A stretch of 64,000 nt of DNA, taken from positions 558,001 to 622,000 of the forward strand of contig NW_026515637.1 of NCBI RefSeq assembly GCF_000738915.1, read 5' to 3'. Origin of the DNA: Nematocida ausubeli (taxonomy: Eukaryota). Positions 1-9,784 of this stretch are shown here, piece by piece. A program made the position numbers and the translations under genes. Below the pieces are notes generated by a model. The model worked only from the letters and a program-made list of their open reading frames with translations, had not been told where the DNA came from and ran no database searches. Every line of letters begins with the position of its first letter. The first letter of the stretch is position 1.

Positions 1-39
1 CATACTAAACCAAAGCATTGAATTAAGAGAACATAGTCT

Positions 40-732
40 TTATTTAACATACTTAGATATCTCCCTGTCTATCAGGTCTGGGTCTTTAAAGCTTTTGTGG
101 ATGTTCTGCACTAGCTGTTCCATGAAGTCTGTTTTTGTGTACCTTTTAAAGTACTTCTCTATATAGAGAATGTTTAAAACCAGCAGATTTCCTTTCTTTC
201 CAAATAGCTTGGACTTGCTTACAAAAGCCTCCTTTATCTCCTGCGCAAGTAGCTCTTCTACTTTCTCTAGTATTACTCTCCGTGGCCCTGCAAAAAGGCT
301 GTCTTTTGTTTTCTGCCTGTTCTCTCCTATAAAGCTGCTCAGCTCCTTAATAATTTTCACAGCCCACTCTTCAGGCTTCACAGAATAGTTCTTGTCCTCG
401 GTATATGTTCCCTTGAATGTATCTAATATTATTGCACGTATTTTTAGCACCTCTCTTTTACATATGTACTCTACAACTTCTTCTTGTATTTTGGCCTTTG
501 CCTCGCTCTTTATGATTTTTTCGTTTTCTTCCATTTGCTGCAGAAAGGAATAGATGCAAATGCCAATAGAGTAGAGCGACGCCAGAGACATGTCCTTTCT
601 ATATATTTTTTCAACACTCAACTTTATGTACAAATTGATCATTTTTCGCTTATACTTTACTATATCTGGATCCTCCAGGTCTTCAACAAGTGACAAAACC
701 AGCTGGTATAGTTCTTCCTCGGTGCACTCCAT
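40..732 (-). CDS. Hypothetical all-helical protein, possibly a CATCHR-type tethering subunit fragment (Vps51/exocyst/COG-like)
   Basis: Long ORF; first ATG at 732 (MECTEEELY) with CCC just upstream. C-terminal KLFGKKGNLLVLNILYIEKYF loosely resembles CATCHR C-terminal helices. Product call is weak. Confidence 0.6.
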   Translation of the reverse strand: MECTEEELYQLVLSLVEDLEDPDIVKYKRKMINLYIKLSVEKIYRKDMSLASLYSIGICIYSFLQQMEENEKIIKSEAKAKIQEEVVEYICKREVLKIRAIILDTFKGTYTEDKNYSVKPEEWAVKIIKELSSFIGENRQKTKDSLFAGPRRVILEKVEELLAQEIKEAFVSKSKLFGKKGNLLVLNILYIEKYFKRYTKTDFMEQLVQNIHKSFKDPDLIDREISKYVK

Positions 733-783
733 AACAAATGGGATTTGAAACAATTCTGCTTTAAAAGAAATTCAAAACATGCT

Positions 784-1173
784 CTACTTGTTTTCCTCGA
801 TTTCCTCCACAACACACCCCTTCACAATGTAGGTGTTATGCTCATTCGATACGACTACATTTAAATATGTGTCAATCATCTCGCACACACCTTTTATTTC
901 TCTTCCTAGGTACTTGACTGTAACACTCTTGCCAATAAACGCTGATCTCACAGATGGATCTTCTTTTTTATTAGCGTTCTTTAGTTTGGAGCCTCCTGCA
1001 GCATTTCTTTCGCTTTTTGTTCTTTTTGCTGGCCTTTGCATCTTCTGCGCTATTTCGGCGCTCTGCGCTGGGTGTCTCTCTTTGTTTCTCTTTGTGCTTG
1101 AATCTGGCCCAGACTGCCCTTTTCTCTTTAGGTGATCCTTTCTGTCCCCAAAAACACTTCTCTCCCCAGCCAT
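784..1173 (-). CDS. Sm/Lsm-domain protein (Lsm6/SmF-like) with basic N-terminal extension
   Basis: C-terminal FIGKSVTVKY...IKGVCEMIDTYLNVVV...YIVKG matches the Sm1/Sm2 motifs. Confidence 0.75.
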   Translation of the reverse strand: MAGERSVFGDRKDHLKRKGQSGPDSSTKRNKERHPAQSAEIAQKMQRPAKRTKSERNAAGGSKLKNANKKEDPSVRSAFIGKSVTVKYLGREIKGVCEMIDTYLNVVVSNEHNTYIVKGCVVEEIEENK

Positions 1174-1715
1174 TATTTTTTTATTATTTCCATTGACCCA
1201 TTGCTTAAAAGATACTCAACCTCCTTTTTTCTCATAAAGTACAGCGATCCCTTCTTGGTTTCTATTAAGTTTCCGCCCATCTCGATTACACCGCAATCCT
1301 TCTTTGCCAGCACGTGCACGTAGTACTCTACAGGCACGTTCCGATGCATAAAATTTATAAACGGGAAGTTTGTGTAGTAGTTGGATGTTATTTCCTTAAA
1401 CTTTTGGAGGTATGGATTTCTGCTTTCTTCCTGGACTTTTGTGCTTGGCGTTTTCTCCTTCTCTTCGTATAGCTGGAACTCAAGCGCTCTGTTTTTTTCC
1501 AGCTCTTTTATTTTAACAATCCGCACAAGCCTCTCTATTTCTCGCTTCAGAAGCAAATAGAAAATAGACAGCTCTACTGAGTTTGGGGTTTTTTCTATTT
1601 CTGCCGCCAACTCCTGCAGCCTCTTCTCCTTTATAGCAATCTGCGCCTTTATTCTTGCTAGTTCTTTTCTATTCGTTCTGCTCTGCAGCAGAGCATTCAA
1701 GCTCTCCTCCTGCAT
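1173..1715 (-). CDS. PSF1: GINS complex subunit, most like Psf1
   Basis: C-terminal YYVHVLAKKDCGVIEMGGNLIETKKGSLYFMRKKEVEYLLSNGSMEII matches the GINS B-domain pattern of Psf1 (Sld5 not fully excluded). First ATG at 1715. Confidence 0.65.
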   Translation of the reverse strand: MQEESLNALLQSRTNRKELARIKAQIAIKEKRLQELAAEIEKTPNSVELSIFYLLLKREIERLVRIVKIKELEKNRALEFQLYEEKEKTPSTKVQEESRNPYLQKFKEITSNYYTNFPFINFMHRNVPVEYYVHVLAKKDCGVIEMGGNLIETKKGSLYFMRKKEVEYLLSNGSMEIIKK

Positions 1716-1887
1716 TGTCAATTCCTTCTAGGTCTGCAAAAAATTCATTTAGTAGTGAAAGAGTTGTCTTTGCCTTTTTGCCCGCCCGGCCAGAAGAAAG
1801 AGCCTTTTTTATTTCTTTAAGATCCATGGTTATTATCTGATACGTTCTTAGAATCTCTTCAATAACTTCTCTTGTGATTTGCTCCAT
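1669..1887 (-). CDS. Small hypothetical protein (72 aa)
   Basis: ATG at 1887, amphipathic helical composition, co-oriented with neighbours; overlaps the start of the GINS gene by 47 nt. Confidence 0.4.
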   Translation of the reverse strand: MEQITREVIEEILRTYQIITMDLKEIKKALSSGRAGKKAKTTLSLLNEFFADLEGIDNAGGELECSAAEQNE

Positions 1888-1971
1888 TTCAATAAATACA
1901 TTCCAATTCTTATAACTATTCGCCACTCTATTTTATTGATCTATATAAATCCTTTTGGATATGCCGATTTA

Positions 1972-3135
1972 TCATTGCATCATGCTCTTTATCTTATGAT
2001 AAAAGTCTTTTGCGTCCTTGCTTTTCGCTACTTTGTTGTATAACATGTAAACATTTTTCATTTCCTTTGGCAAGTGCTCCAGATGTTTTTTGGCCTTTTC
2101 TACGAGCAGGTCCAAAATCTTCTCCTTGCTATACTTGCTGTGCTCTAGTGGGTCAGAAAGCGGTCCTGATAAAACTGCGTCTACATTGGATTTTCTGTAG
2201 CTATCTATAATTGCCTCCAGCTTACTCGCACTTTTGTTTGTAACTGCAAGCTGCGCCTCTGTGTTGCTTAGCATGATCATCAGCCCCGTGTCTTTATATG
2301 GAATATTTGCAATTGTAGACCAAATGTAATGCATCTTAGCTACTGCGCAAGAAATGGGCGGTATATTAGATATTCTATAGAAGCAAAATTGGCTCTTTCT
2401 TTTTTCATTCTCGGATATAGCCATTTTCTGCAGTAGTAGATGGGCCTTTTCCTGCGCGCGCTTTTTCTTGATGATTAATGGATCATCTTTGCTCTTTGCT
2501 GCCTTAATGTGTGTAGAGCTTTGTGCTGGCGTTTTTATATCTTTTCTTGGAGTATTCTCTTTCAGCTCTTTTTCTGGCACCGGCGTCTGCAAGTCTTCTA
2601 TTGTCTCTCGCATGGCTGCTCTGTTCAGTAGCATTGCAATGCTCTCTAATATGTTCTTCATTTGATTGATGACTGGCGTGGACTCTACCATCTCGTTGAA
2701 GCTATGTGTTTCTACTCTCTGTAGATTTCTTTGTTGGTCAAGACCAGTGTGTGGAGGTTCTATCTTGAATCCGGATTTTATTTTATTTTCTGCATTTTTT
2801 CTGCAGCAGCTTATTTCGTCGCTTTCATCTAACGGACTCTTTGAGTTCTTTCTATGGATCTGCGCATACGGGAGAAACCCACTTCTTTCATCTATTTGCC
2901 TGCTCTGGAAGTTTATTTCTTTTGATTTCTCTAATTTTTCTATTATCTCCTGTATCTTTTTAGTGTGTACATAGTCTGTCTCAACTGCTACATTTTTTTT
3001 ACTGCTCTTGTTATTTTTATTTACGGATGGGGCTGCTGCATTTTCGTCTCCTTCTGCATTTTCTTCCCAAAGTGCAGACATTTTGCGGACCTTATATTTT
3101 TCTTGCGCATATCTTGGTTTTAGCCCCCCTTCCAT
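1972..3135 (-). CDS. Hypothetical protein (387 aa)
   Basis: Long ORF; low-complexity charged N-terminal half and a globular-looking alpha/beta C-terminal domain. Confidence 0.75.
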   Translation of the reverse strand: MEGGLKPRYAQEKYKVRKMSALWEENAEGDENAAAPSVNKNNKSSKKNVAVETDYVHTKKIQEIIEKLEKSKEINFQSRQIDERSGFLPYAQIHRKNSKSPLDESDEISCCRKNAENKIKSGFKIEPPHTGLDQQRNLQRVETHSFNEMVESTPVINQMKNILESIAMLLNRAAMRETIEDLQTPVPEKELKENTPRKDIKTPAQSSTHIKAAKSKDDPLIIKKKRAQEKAHLLLQKMAISENEKRKSQFCFYRISNIPPISCAVAKMHYIWSTIANIPYKDTGLMIMLSNTEAQLAVTNKSASKLEAIIDSYRKSNVDAVLSGPLSDPLEHSKYSKEKILDLLVEKAKKHLEHLPKEMKNVYMLYNKVAKSKDAKDFYHKIKSMMQ

Positions 3136-4085
3136 TGATTCTCCTCGTCTTTATCAAATTTTTTTTAATTTATAGTTTTATAGAATTCTATTTAATTAGG
3201 AATAGAAAAACAGCCGGGTGCTTTGTTCTATGCGCTGGGTCTTTTATTTTAGCAATTTTACTCGCTAAAACCCATCTGCACTGCACCAATTTTGAAGGGG
3301 TCGGGCTCCTGCACTTAATAAACTATATTTTAATTAGACTGGCTTTTCTGCTGCATAACTGTCTGTTTTTCTTTTCTGCTAGCATAAGACACAGTACAGG
3401 CCAGAATACAGAAATACAGAAATATAGCGGACTTTTAGTGCATTCACTGAATAGTATAACTTTTTTTGAGCTATGTAGAAGGAGGCCATAAAAGCTGGAA
3501 TGTTCACTTCTGTATTATACTATTATTTTATTTCGCCCAGAATTTATTTGTTACATGTAAGCTATAAACACTTGAAATTCACAGATGAAAAGTGTAAATT
3601 GCCCATCTGAATACTAATATTGAAAAGACATGCATTTATTTACTAGGAGATGCACTTTTTAGAGGCAAATGTGCTTATTACTAAGTATCTGCCTAAGAAA
3701 TAAAGATGCTATAGCTTATTATATAATTATACTCGACATAACATCTTCTAGCATGCTATTTTGGTTATAACAGCATATGGAGCTTCCTATTAAACAATTT
3801 TTCTGATTCTACAAATGGAGAAAGAACATAAATGCAACAGATAAGTACTGCACTTGGCATACTAAGAATAGCTAGGCATCTTTTAGCCCATAAATAAGAC
3901 TTTATTGCTTAAACCCAAATCTTTTAAATCTAGTTATTTTAGCAGTGTGCTAAATAAAGATATGCAGTTTAGCTGCTTTCTCTATGGCCCGTAGCAATTA
4001 CCATGCTAGGCGAATAATACTCCATTATCTAAGTCAATCCACATATCTGCAAACAAAAACGCACCCAGCTACTGCTGCCAGAACA

Positions 4086-5114
4086 CTACACTGTTTTTTT
4101 AGCAAAGACCAGGAGAGAGGACTGCTTTTTTGCTTTGCTGTGCGCCTGTAGCCGGGCTACTGCTGTATCCACTTTTTTACGGTCGAATCCATTTTCCTCT
4201 ACAAGAAACTGCACAATTTCATCTGCTTTCGGCAAAGCCATGCTAAATACGGGGGGCTTTCCAGCTTCCTGCGATGTAAAAATTTCTCTTGCCTCCACAT
4301 ACGGCCAGTCTTCCTCTCCTGGCTGTATCTTTCCGCTTTCTACAATCTTCTCTATTGAGCGGTGCTCCTGCACCAGATCATAGACCTTCTTCGGCCCAAG
4401 CCCTTTTGGCTTTTGGCAGTAGTCGCATCCAAGAAGTATGCACATGTCAATGAACTCTGCTTGGTCCAGCCCTGTTTGTTTAAGAACTTCATCCAGAGAT
4501 ATCTCCATAACAGCCATTTTCTTTTTCATAAGAGCAGGAAAGAAGTTCCGCAGCAGAACTTTGCCCCCAAATGCTAGAGAGTCCATATCCTCTGATACGA
4601 CCCCATTTACAGCGTTTGCAATATTCAATGCTGCACAGAAACCTTCTGCCTCATTGGGCGCTGTCATATACGGAACCCCCATTGCGCTCAGTAGAGCTTG
4701 CGCAGATTCAACATGATACTTTGTGGCACGCACAGTTCTTTTTGCATGCTTCATCTTTTCGCTTTCTGTCTCTGCTTGCTCTAAGTCTCTTTCGGCCTGC
4801 TCTTTACGGGCTCTTCTTTCAACTAGTATGTTTTCCTTCAGCTCTGGCGCCAGCCCGTCAAATATATACACAGGCACTATCCCCTTTTCTATTAGATTTA
4901 TTGTCTTATAAAAGATTCCATATAGATGAGCTGTTGTTTCTCCATTCTTGTTTTTTAAGCTGTCCATGCCGTATCGTATTGCTACGAGCGACTGGTATAA
5001 AATCATGCTGGCATCAATTGCCACTTTCCATCCTCGATATTTTTCTATTTGTGTGCTTCGTATAGCCTTTGGCGCTTTTTCTTTTAGCAGCTCCGTCAAC
5101 TTGCATATTCCCAT
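4086..5114 (-). CDS. FEN1: Flap endonuclease 1 (XPG/Rad2 family)
   Basis: MGICKL start, AIDASMILYQ, YIFDG, APNEAEGFCA, SEDMDSLAFG, CILLGCDY, and a C-terminal PIP-like QSSLLVF. Confidence 0.95.
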   Translation of the reverse strand: MGICKLTELLKEKAPKAIRSTQIEKYRGWKVAIDASMILYQSLVAIRYGMDSLKNKNGETTAHLYGIFYKTINLIEKGIVPVYIFDGLAPELKENILVERRARKEQAERDLEQAETESEKMKHAKRTVRATKYHVESAQALLSAMGVPYMTAPNEAEGFCAALNIANAVNGVVSEDMDSLAFGGKVLLRNFFPALMKKKMAVMEISLDEVLKQTGLDQAEFIDMCILLGCDYCQKPKGLGPKKVYDLVQEHRSIEKIVESGKIQPGEEDWPYVEAREIFTSQEAGKPPVFSMALPKADEIVQFLVEENGFDRKKVDTAVARLQAHSKAKKQSSLLVFAKKTV

Positions 5115-5657
5115 AACGCTGTATAAAATAATATTCTTCTTTGTGCAGAGCGCATAGCTAACTAGGATAGTATATCGCAGACAAAAGCACACTTTAGTGG
5201 AAAGCCAACTAGATCTACTATTTAAGCAGTAGAAGGCTTTTTTGCCTAGTCTTTCCCTCGTCTTATATGCGCACACTTACAAAGCAATCATAGTTCTTCA
5301 GCCCATACATGCACATCTTTTACTTCAATACACATCCATTAGAATAGTACACAATATAAGTTATATGACATATACATTTTATATCTACTAGAGAGTGCCT
5401 GTGTTTAACTCTCCTAACAATAAGAATCTTCAGGTTGTTATTTTATCCATAAAGGTTTTCTCTATTTCCTCTCCAAATACAAGCACATCCAGAGTTTAAC
5501 ACATACAAATCCACTAGCCTCCTCTTTTATACTACAAGCATCCTACACACAGTACTTTCTTTCTCCTTAACAACATTCTTGTTCTTTTCTAAGTACTATA
5601 TACCTATATGCCAGCCCTGCCCAAGGTTCTTATGTCAATGAAGAGATTAATATATAA

Positions 5658-5800
5658 GGGGGCCTCGGCCTACTGGCCCCCACACCACTTCCCTGCCAGC
5701 CCAAATGCCCGCTAGTGGTGCTTTACATCCGCGCTGACCCACAGCACTGAGTGTTTCCAGACCTGACTGTTATGCGTCTGTGGCTGAGAAGTCTCTCGCA
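5658..5800 (-). ncRNA. Candidate structured non-coding RNA, class unknown
   Basis: Four consecutive GC-rich stems; G-U pairs favour the minus strand; minus-strand TATAAATA at 5835-5828 lies just upstream. Confidence 0.3.
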
Positions 5801-6620
5801 CTACGAATAAAAGACAGAGTTTTCGCGTATTTATAGACCGCATTTTATTTTTTTCCTTTTTCGTCAGCAATTTCCCTCTCCGCACTTTTTTGCCCCTGCA
5901 AACCGAAGGAAGAGGGCATTTTCCCCGAAATTCCCGTGTTTTGCCCTGCTGAGCGCCCCTGCGAAAAATATTTTCTCAGGTGTTTTTTTTGAGATGGGTC
6001 TCCTGCCTAGAAAGGGCGTGTGCATCCATACTGCAGCGAGGGCAGAGACACTCTGCATATGTGTGTGTACGGCAGAGCTCCTAGAAGGGTAGCTGTGTCC
6101 GAGAGGCAGAGAGTGCAGACTGTTCTGTGAAAGGACCCTACTCTCTATAACTCACACATGCCATAAAGAGAGCAACAAAAAGAGTGCGCCTACATCTTTC
6201 AACTCTGTCTGTACTCTGGCTAGTAGTGCAGTCTGAGGTATTCAAGCCAGCCTGTCTGTTTATATTCACCACATATGTACTGCATATCACAGTATAGTAT
6301 CTATGCTCTGCGCTATACTCTCTGTGTGTGAGGCACACAGCCAGGCTGCGCAATTCCTGCGCAATTTACCCTTACTCGGGCATATTGGGGGTCTAGCCCC
6401 CATAGACCGGTCTATATTCACTTTAGAGCGGGTCTTCTTGTATATTAAAAAGTATATGCGCGCTTTTGGGAATATTGGGGGCATCCAGAACGGGCAAATT
6501 AAGGTCTATTTTCCAAAATATAAGTATAAATAGAGCATAAATCTGTAAAAATATTCCAAAGGAAACACAGGAATCACTTGCTAGTTCTCCTATGTGTGCA
6601 CTCGCGCACAGGCAGATACC

Positions 6621-6760
6621 TTAAGCTCATCGAGGTGCCTTTAACTTCATTGAGACAACTTAATCTCTTCGGACGACTTAAATTCATCAAGGTAAGTTAA
6701 ACTCATCACAGGCCCGCACTGAAACCTGGGCCTAGCAAGAAGCACTTTAAACTCTTCGCA
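6621..6760. repeat. Degenerate ~19-bp tandem repeats, core TTAA(A)CTCATC
   Basis: Units start at 6621, 6641, 6660, 6678, 6697 and 6747; related copies at 6851 and 7265. Confidence 0.7.
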
Positions 6761-7867
6761 TAGTATTCCTGGCACACGCATAAGCCCATCCTGCCTGCAC
6801 AAAACAGATAAAACAACCCAGCAGACAGGCCCGAATATTCTAAGCTCCTATTAAACTCCTCTAAATGAACTGTCTCTATATGTATATTAACAACACAAAA
6901 AACAATAAAGACACATGCATTTACTCCTTTTTTATTTTATTTCTGCACACTGCTTTCTACTTCTGTCCTCTGCTTGTATACTTTACTACTACAGAGCAGA
7001 GTGTGTGTTGTGATGATGCTACTGTGCTGCACCATGCATAAACATTCCGAATGGCCTGCAGTATTGCAATACAGCACAAGCACTTCTCTGCTATGGCTGT
7101 AACCTGACTGTAGAGCAAGAGTGTGCTGTTTATAGTTTGCTTACATGAATGTATTTACATGCTGCTATACATGTATTCTTCCTTTGGTATAATCTATAGT
7201 ATTACTGCTGCGGCATTCTGGTTGTGTTCTCTATGTGCTGGGCATACATAGCCTGTTTTGTGTATTAAGCTCCTCTGTGTGGCGTCAGCACCCAGCTGGG
7301 TCTTTGAATTGTGCAGTTTTTTTGATTTTCCTGTGCTTTCGTCTTTTTTTAGAGGAAATAAGCCTTCTATCTAATATTTACACACGAAATACAGAAGAGT
7401 TTATTTTTTACATATATATGGAAAGTAGAAAAAGAGTAAACCAAAAAATGTATAGAATAAATAGAGAGACCTGCCATCGTATAAAAAGATAGAAAACATG
7501 CTGGGAAACCTTAACTTTGATTTACCAATACACTACAAAACCAGAGATACCACTTTATCCTTTGCTTTATTTATATAGCCCCACCTATTGTGATCTACCT
7601 ATCCTTTGGGCTCTTCTTAAATAACTATCTCTACCTGTACTAAGCACATTCTTTGTTAGAATTCGTATAGTAAAGCCCATGCGTATATATAATAATATCC
7701 ACATCTAATGCTTAAAGAAAGCTATTGTACACTTAAACACAAATAGACGTTCTATGCAGACGCAGAGGCAAATGTGTGTGGGATACCGCCTAGCAAGGAG
7801 GTGCATTCTCTACACTCTCTATGATCTAGAAGTGTACTAGTATTAAAATTAACTCCCTTTGTGTGCT

Positions 7868-8848
7868 TTAATGCAAAAAGAACTCCTTTGTTATTCTCTC
7901 GTTTACTTTAGATTTTACCTGCACACTCTCGCATATTTTTATGAGAGGATGGCTCCTTGTCTGTGCAGATTTGAGCTGGCTTAGATCTGTATCTGCAAAC
8001 ACGCAGCTCGCCAGCACAAGAGGGGAGGGATCTGCAAGCTTTATGTCTTTTTTCTGCGGCTCGTTTTTATCTAGAATGTTTGCAAGCTCTATATCAGAGC
8101 CTGTCCCTAACATATACAAAACCGAGAATATCTTTCTGACCTGGTTGTGCAGAAAGGACTTTGCGCGTATGCGCATTAGATAGACCTCCACTCCTGTGAC
8201 GCTGTCCTCTGATACCTTTTCAAAAACAATTGAGTCGACTGTGCGCACGGCCTCCTCTGCACACACCTCATCTGGGGACACTTTTTGCTTTTTCTCAAGG
8301 CGTTTTTTCTTTGAGGCCTCTTTTTCCTGCTTGCAGAGCCTTCCAAACCAATGGGTGCCCAGTAGCTTTTGTGACTCGTCTGCCATTTTTTCTATGGATA
8401 GAGAGCTGCCTGCTCTCCTAGAAAAGTAGTACTCATACTCCCTGGATATGCACGAGAACCGGGCGCTGAACTGGTCATCCACAAACATCCATCCAAGCAC
8501 TCGGATGTCCTCGGGAAGGTGCTGGTTAAGAATCAGATCGTACGGATACTCCTTCCCTGCAGGCGCAGGCAGAAAAATCGATACAAACTGGGAGGCTGCT
8601 GAAACGCCTGCGTCTGTTCTGCCGCACTTGTAATACTTCCTCTCAACGATGCCTGAGAGTATTTCCTTTGGCCACACAAAGGTGCTTGGGCGGACCTGCT
8701 TTTCCTCTGCCTGGATGAACTTGGCCTTTACAAAGCTTAGGAATAAATGGTGCTCCACAGTTGGAAGGCCTGGCTGGTATGCAAAGCCGTGGTAGTTCTG
8801 GCCGTTGTACGAGAGTTTGAGCAAGACATTTCTAGAAATAAGCGGCAT
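7868..8848 (-). CDS. DEG1: tRNA pseudouridine synthase, TruA family (PUS3/DEG1-like)
   Basis: LSYNGQNYHGFAYQ, CGRTDAGVSA with the catalytic Asp, FSARFSCISREYEY, AKSFLHNQVRKI. Confidence 0.9.
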   Translation of the reverse strand: MPLISRNVLLKLSYNGQNYHGFAYQPGLPTVEHHLFLSFVKAKFIQAEEKQVRPSTFVWPKEILSGIVERKYYKCGRTDAGVSAASQFVSIFLPAPAGKEYPYDLILNQHLPEDIRVLGWMFVDDQFSARFSCISREYEYYFSRRAGSSLSIEKMADESQKLLGTHWFGRLCKQEKEASKKKRLEKKQKVSPDEVCAEEAVRTVDSIVFEKVSEDSVTGVEVYLMRIRAKSFLHNQVRKIFSVLYMLGTGSDIELANILDKNEPQKKDIKLADPSPLVLASCVFADTDLSQLKSAQTRSHPLIKICESVQVKSKVNERITKEFFLH

Positions 8849-8863
8849 GCCAACTAAAAAAAT

Positions 8864-9208
8864 ATGCAAGAAGAGGAGAAGGCAAGTAAACGAGACCAGG
8901 TCTTTGACTTGGAAAAGTACGTAGGAAAGAAGGTGCGAATATGCTTTTTTGGCGGGATAGAAGTGACTGGGTGTCTATTGGGGTATGACCAGCTGCTAAA
9001 TATAGTCCTGGGGGATGGAAAAATGGCGTCTTTTGCAGAGCAGGAGGATAAAAGCCTAGACTTAGGAGGGCTTATGCAGGAGGCTCCATCCAGCATGATG
9101 TGCAAAGGAGTGTCAATATGCTCTATAGATCTTATGACGGCGCCTGAGAGCGCGGAGGAGTATGCATATCCAGAAAATGCATATTATACAATAGGCAGCA
9201 GAAGCTAG
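8864..9208 (+). CDS. LSM7: Lsm7-like Sm protein
   Basis: DLEKYVGKKVRICFFGGIEVTGCLLGYDQLLNIVL matches the Lsm7/SmG Sm1 motif; LDLG...CKG matches Sm2. Confidence 0.8.
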   Translation: MQEEEKASKRDQVFDLEKYVGKKVRICFFGGIEVTGCLLGYDQLLNIVLGDGKMASFAEQEDKSLDLGGLMQEAPSSMMCKGVSICSIDLMTAPESAEEYAYPENAYYTIGSRS

Positions 9209-9784
9209 GGTTACCTGTGGCTATCTCAGTTGGCATGACTCACGGCGCTCTTATAATGTATAGCTAAAGGGTGTATGATAGATTTTCCTCTCTATAGCTT
9301 TGCATGTCTATAGTGCTATTTAAATAAATAATTGGAGTGCAAATGCTCAGAGTGCAGACTAAAAGCATATTGTTAAATAATGTGCGATTTTGAAAATAGC
9401 ATGGCACACAAGGAACGCCAGACTGTAATAATAGCAGGAGTGCGCACAGAACATAAAATAAATGACTACTTTGACATAGAATGCTGCGATTGGCTAGAGT
9501 ACTGCATATTATGATAGTTCTATGGAGAGAGGAGGAATAGCTCTGAAATAGTAGCATAAAGTGGATATTATTCTGGAGAAAAGAGCATTTATTATAGGAC
9601 CTGCCATTCGCTGACTTTCTTCTGTGGGTTTCTATAGTTGATCCAAATATTTTATTTTAAATACTTCTGAAAATACTGCAGACCTTCTAGTAAGCAGAAG
9701 ATTTTCTACAATTATAATAAAATCTGAGTTATATCAATTGATATTCTCAATCTATATATATACACTTTAAAAATATATTTTACC

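Noticed and set aside
5115..5276. N-terminal extension of FEN1 in the ORF track (likewise 42005-42328 and 50424-50480)
   Set aside because: Upstream or non-ATG starts; conserved or coding-like sequence begins at the downstream ATG.
5658..5800. Assignment as SRP RNA, RNase P/MRP, U3 or telomerase RNA
   Set aside because: Only isolated fragments (TGGAAAC, TGTAA) are present; the full diagnostic motifs or a template were not found.
6621..6760. CRISPR-like array
   Set aside because: Period is only ~19 bp with degenerate cores, there are no cas genes, and the context is eukaryotic.
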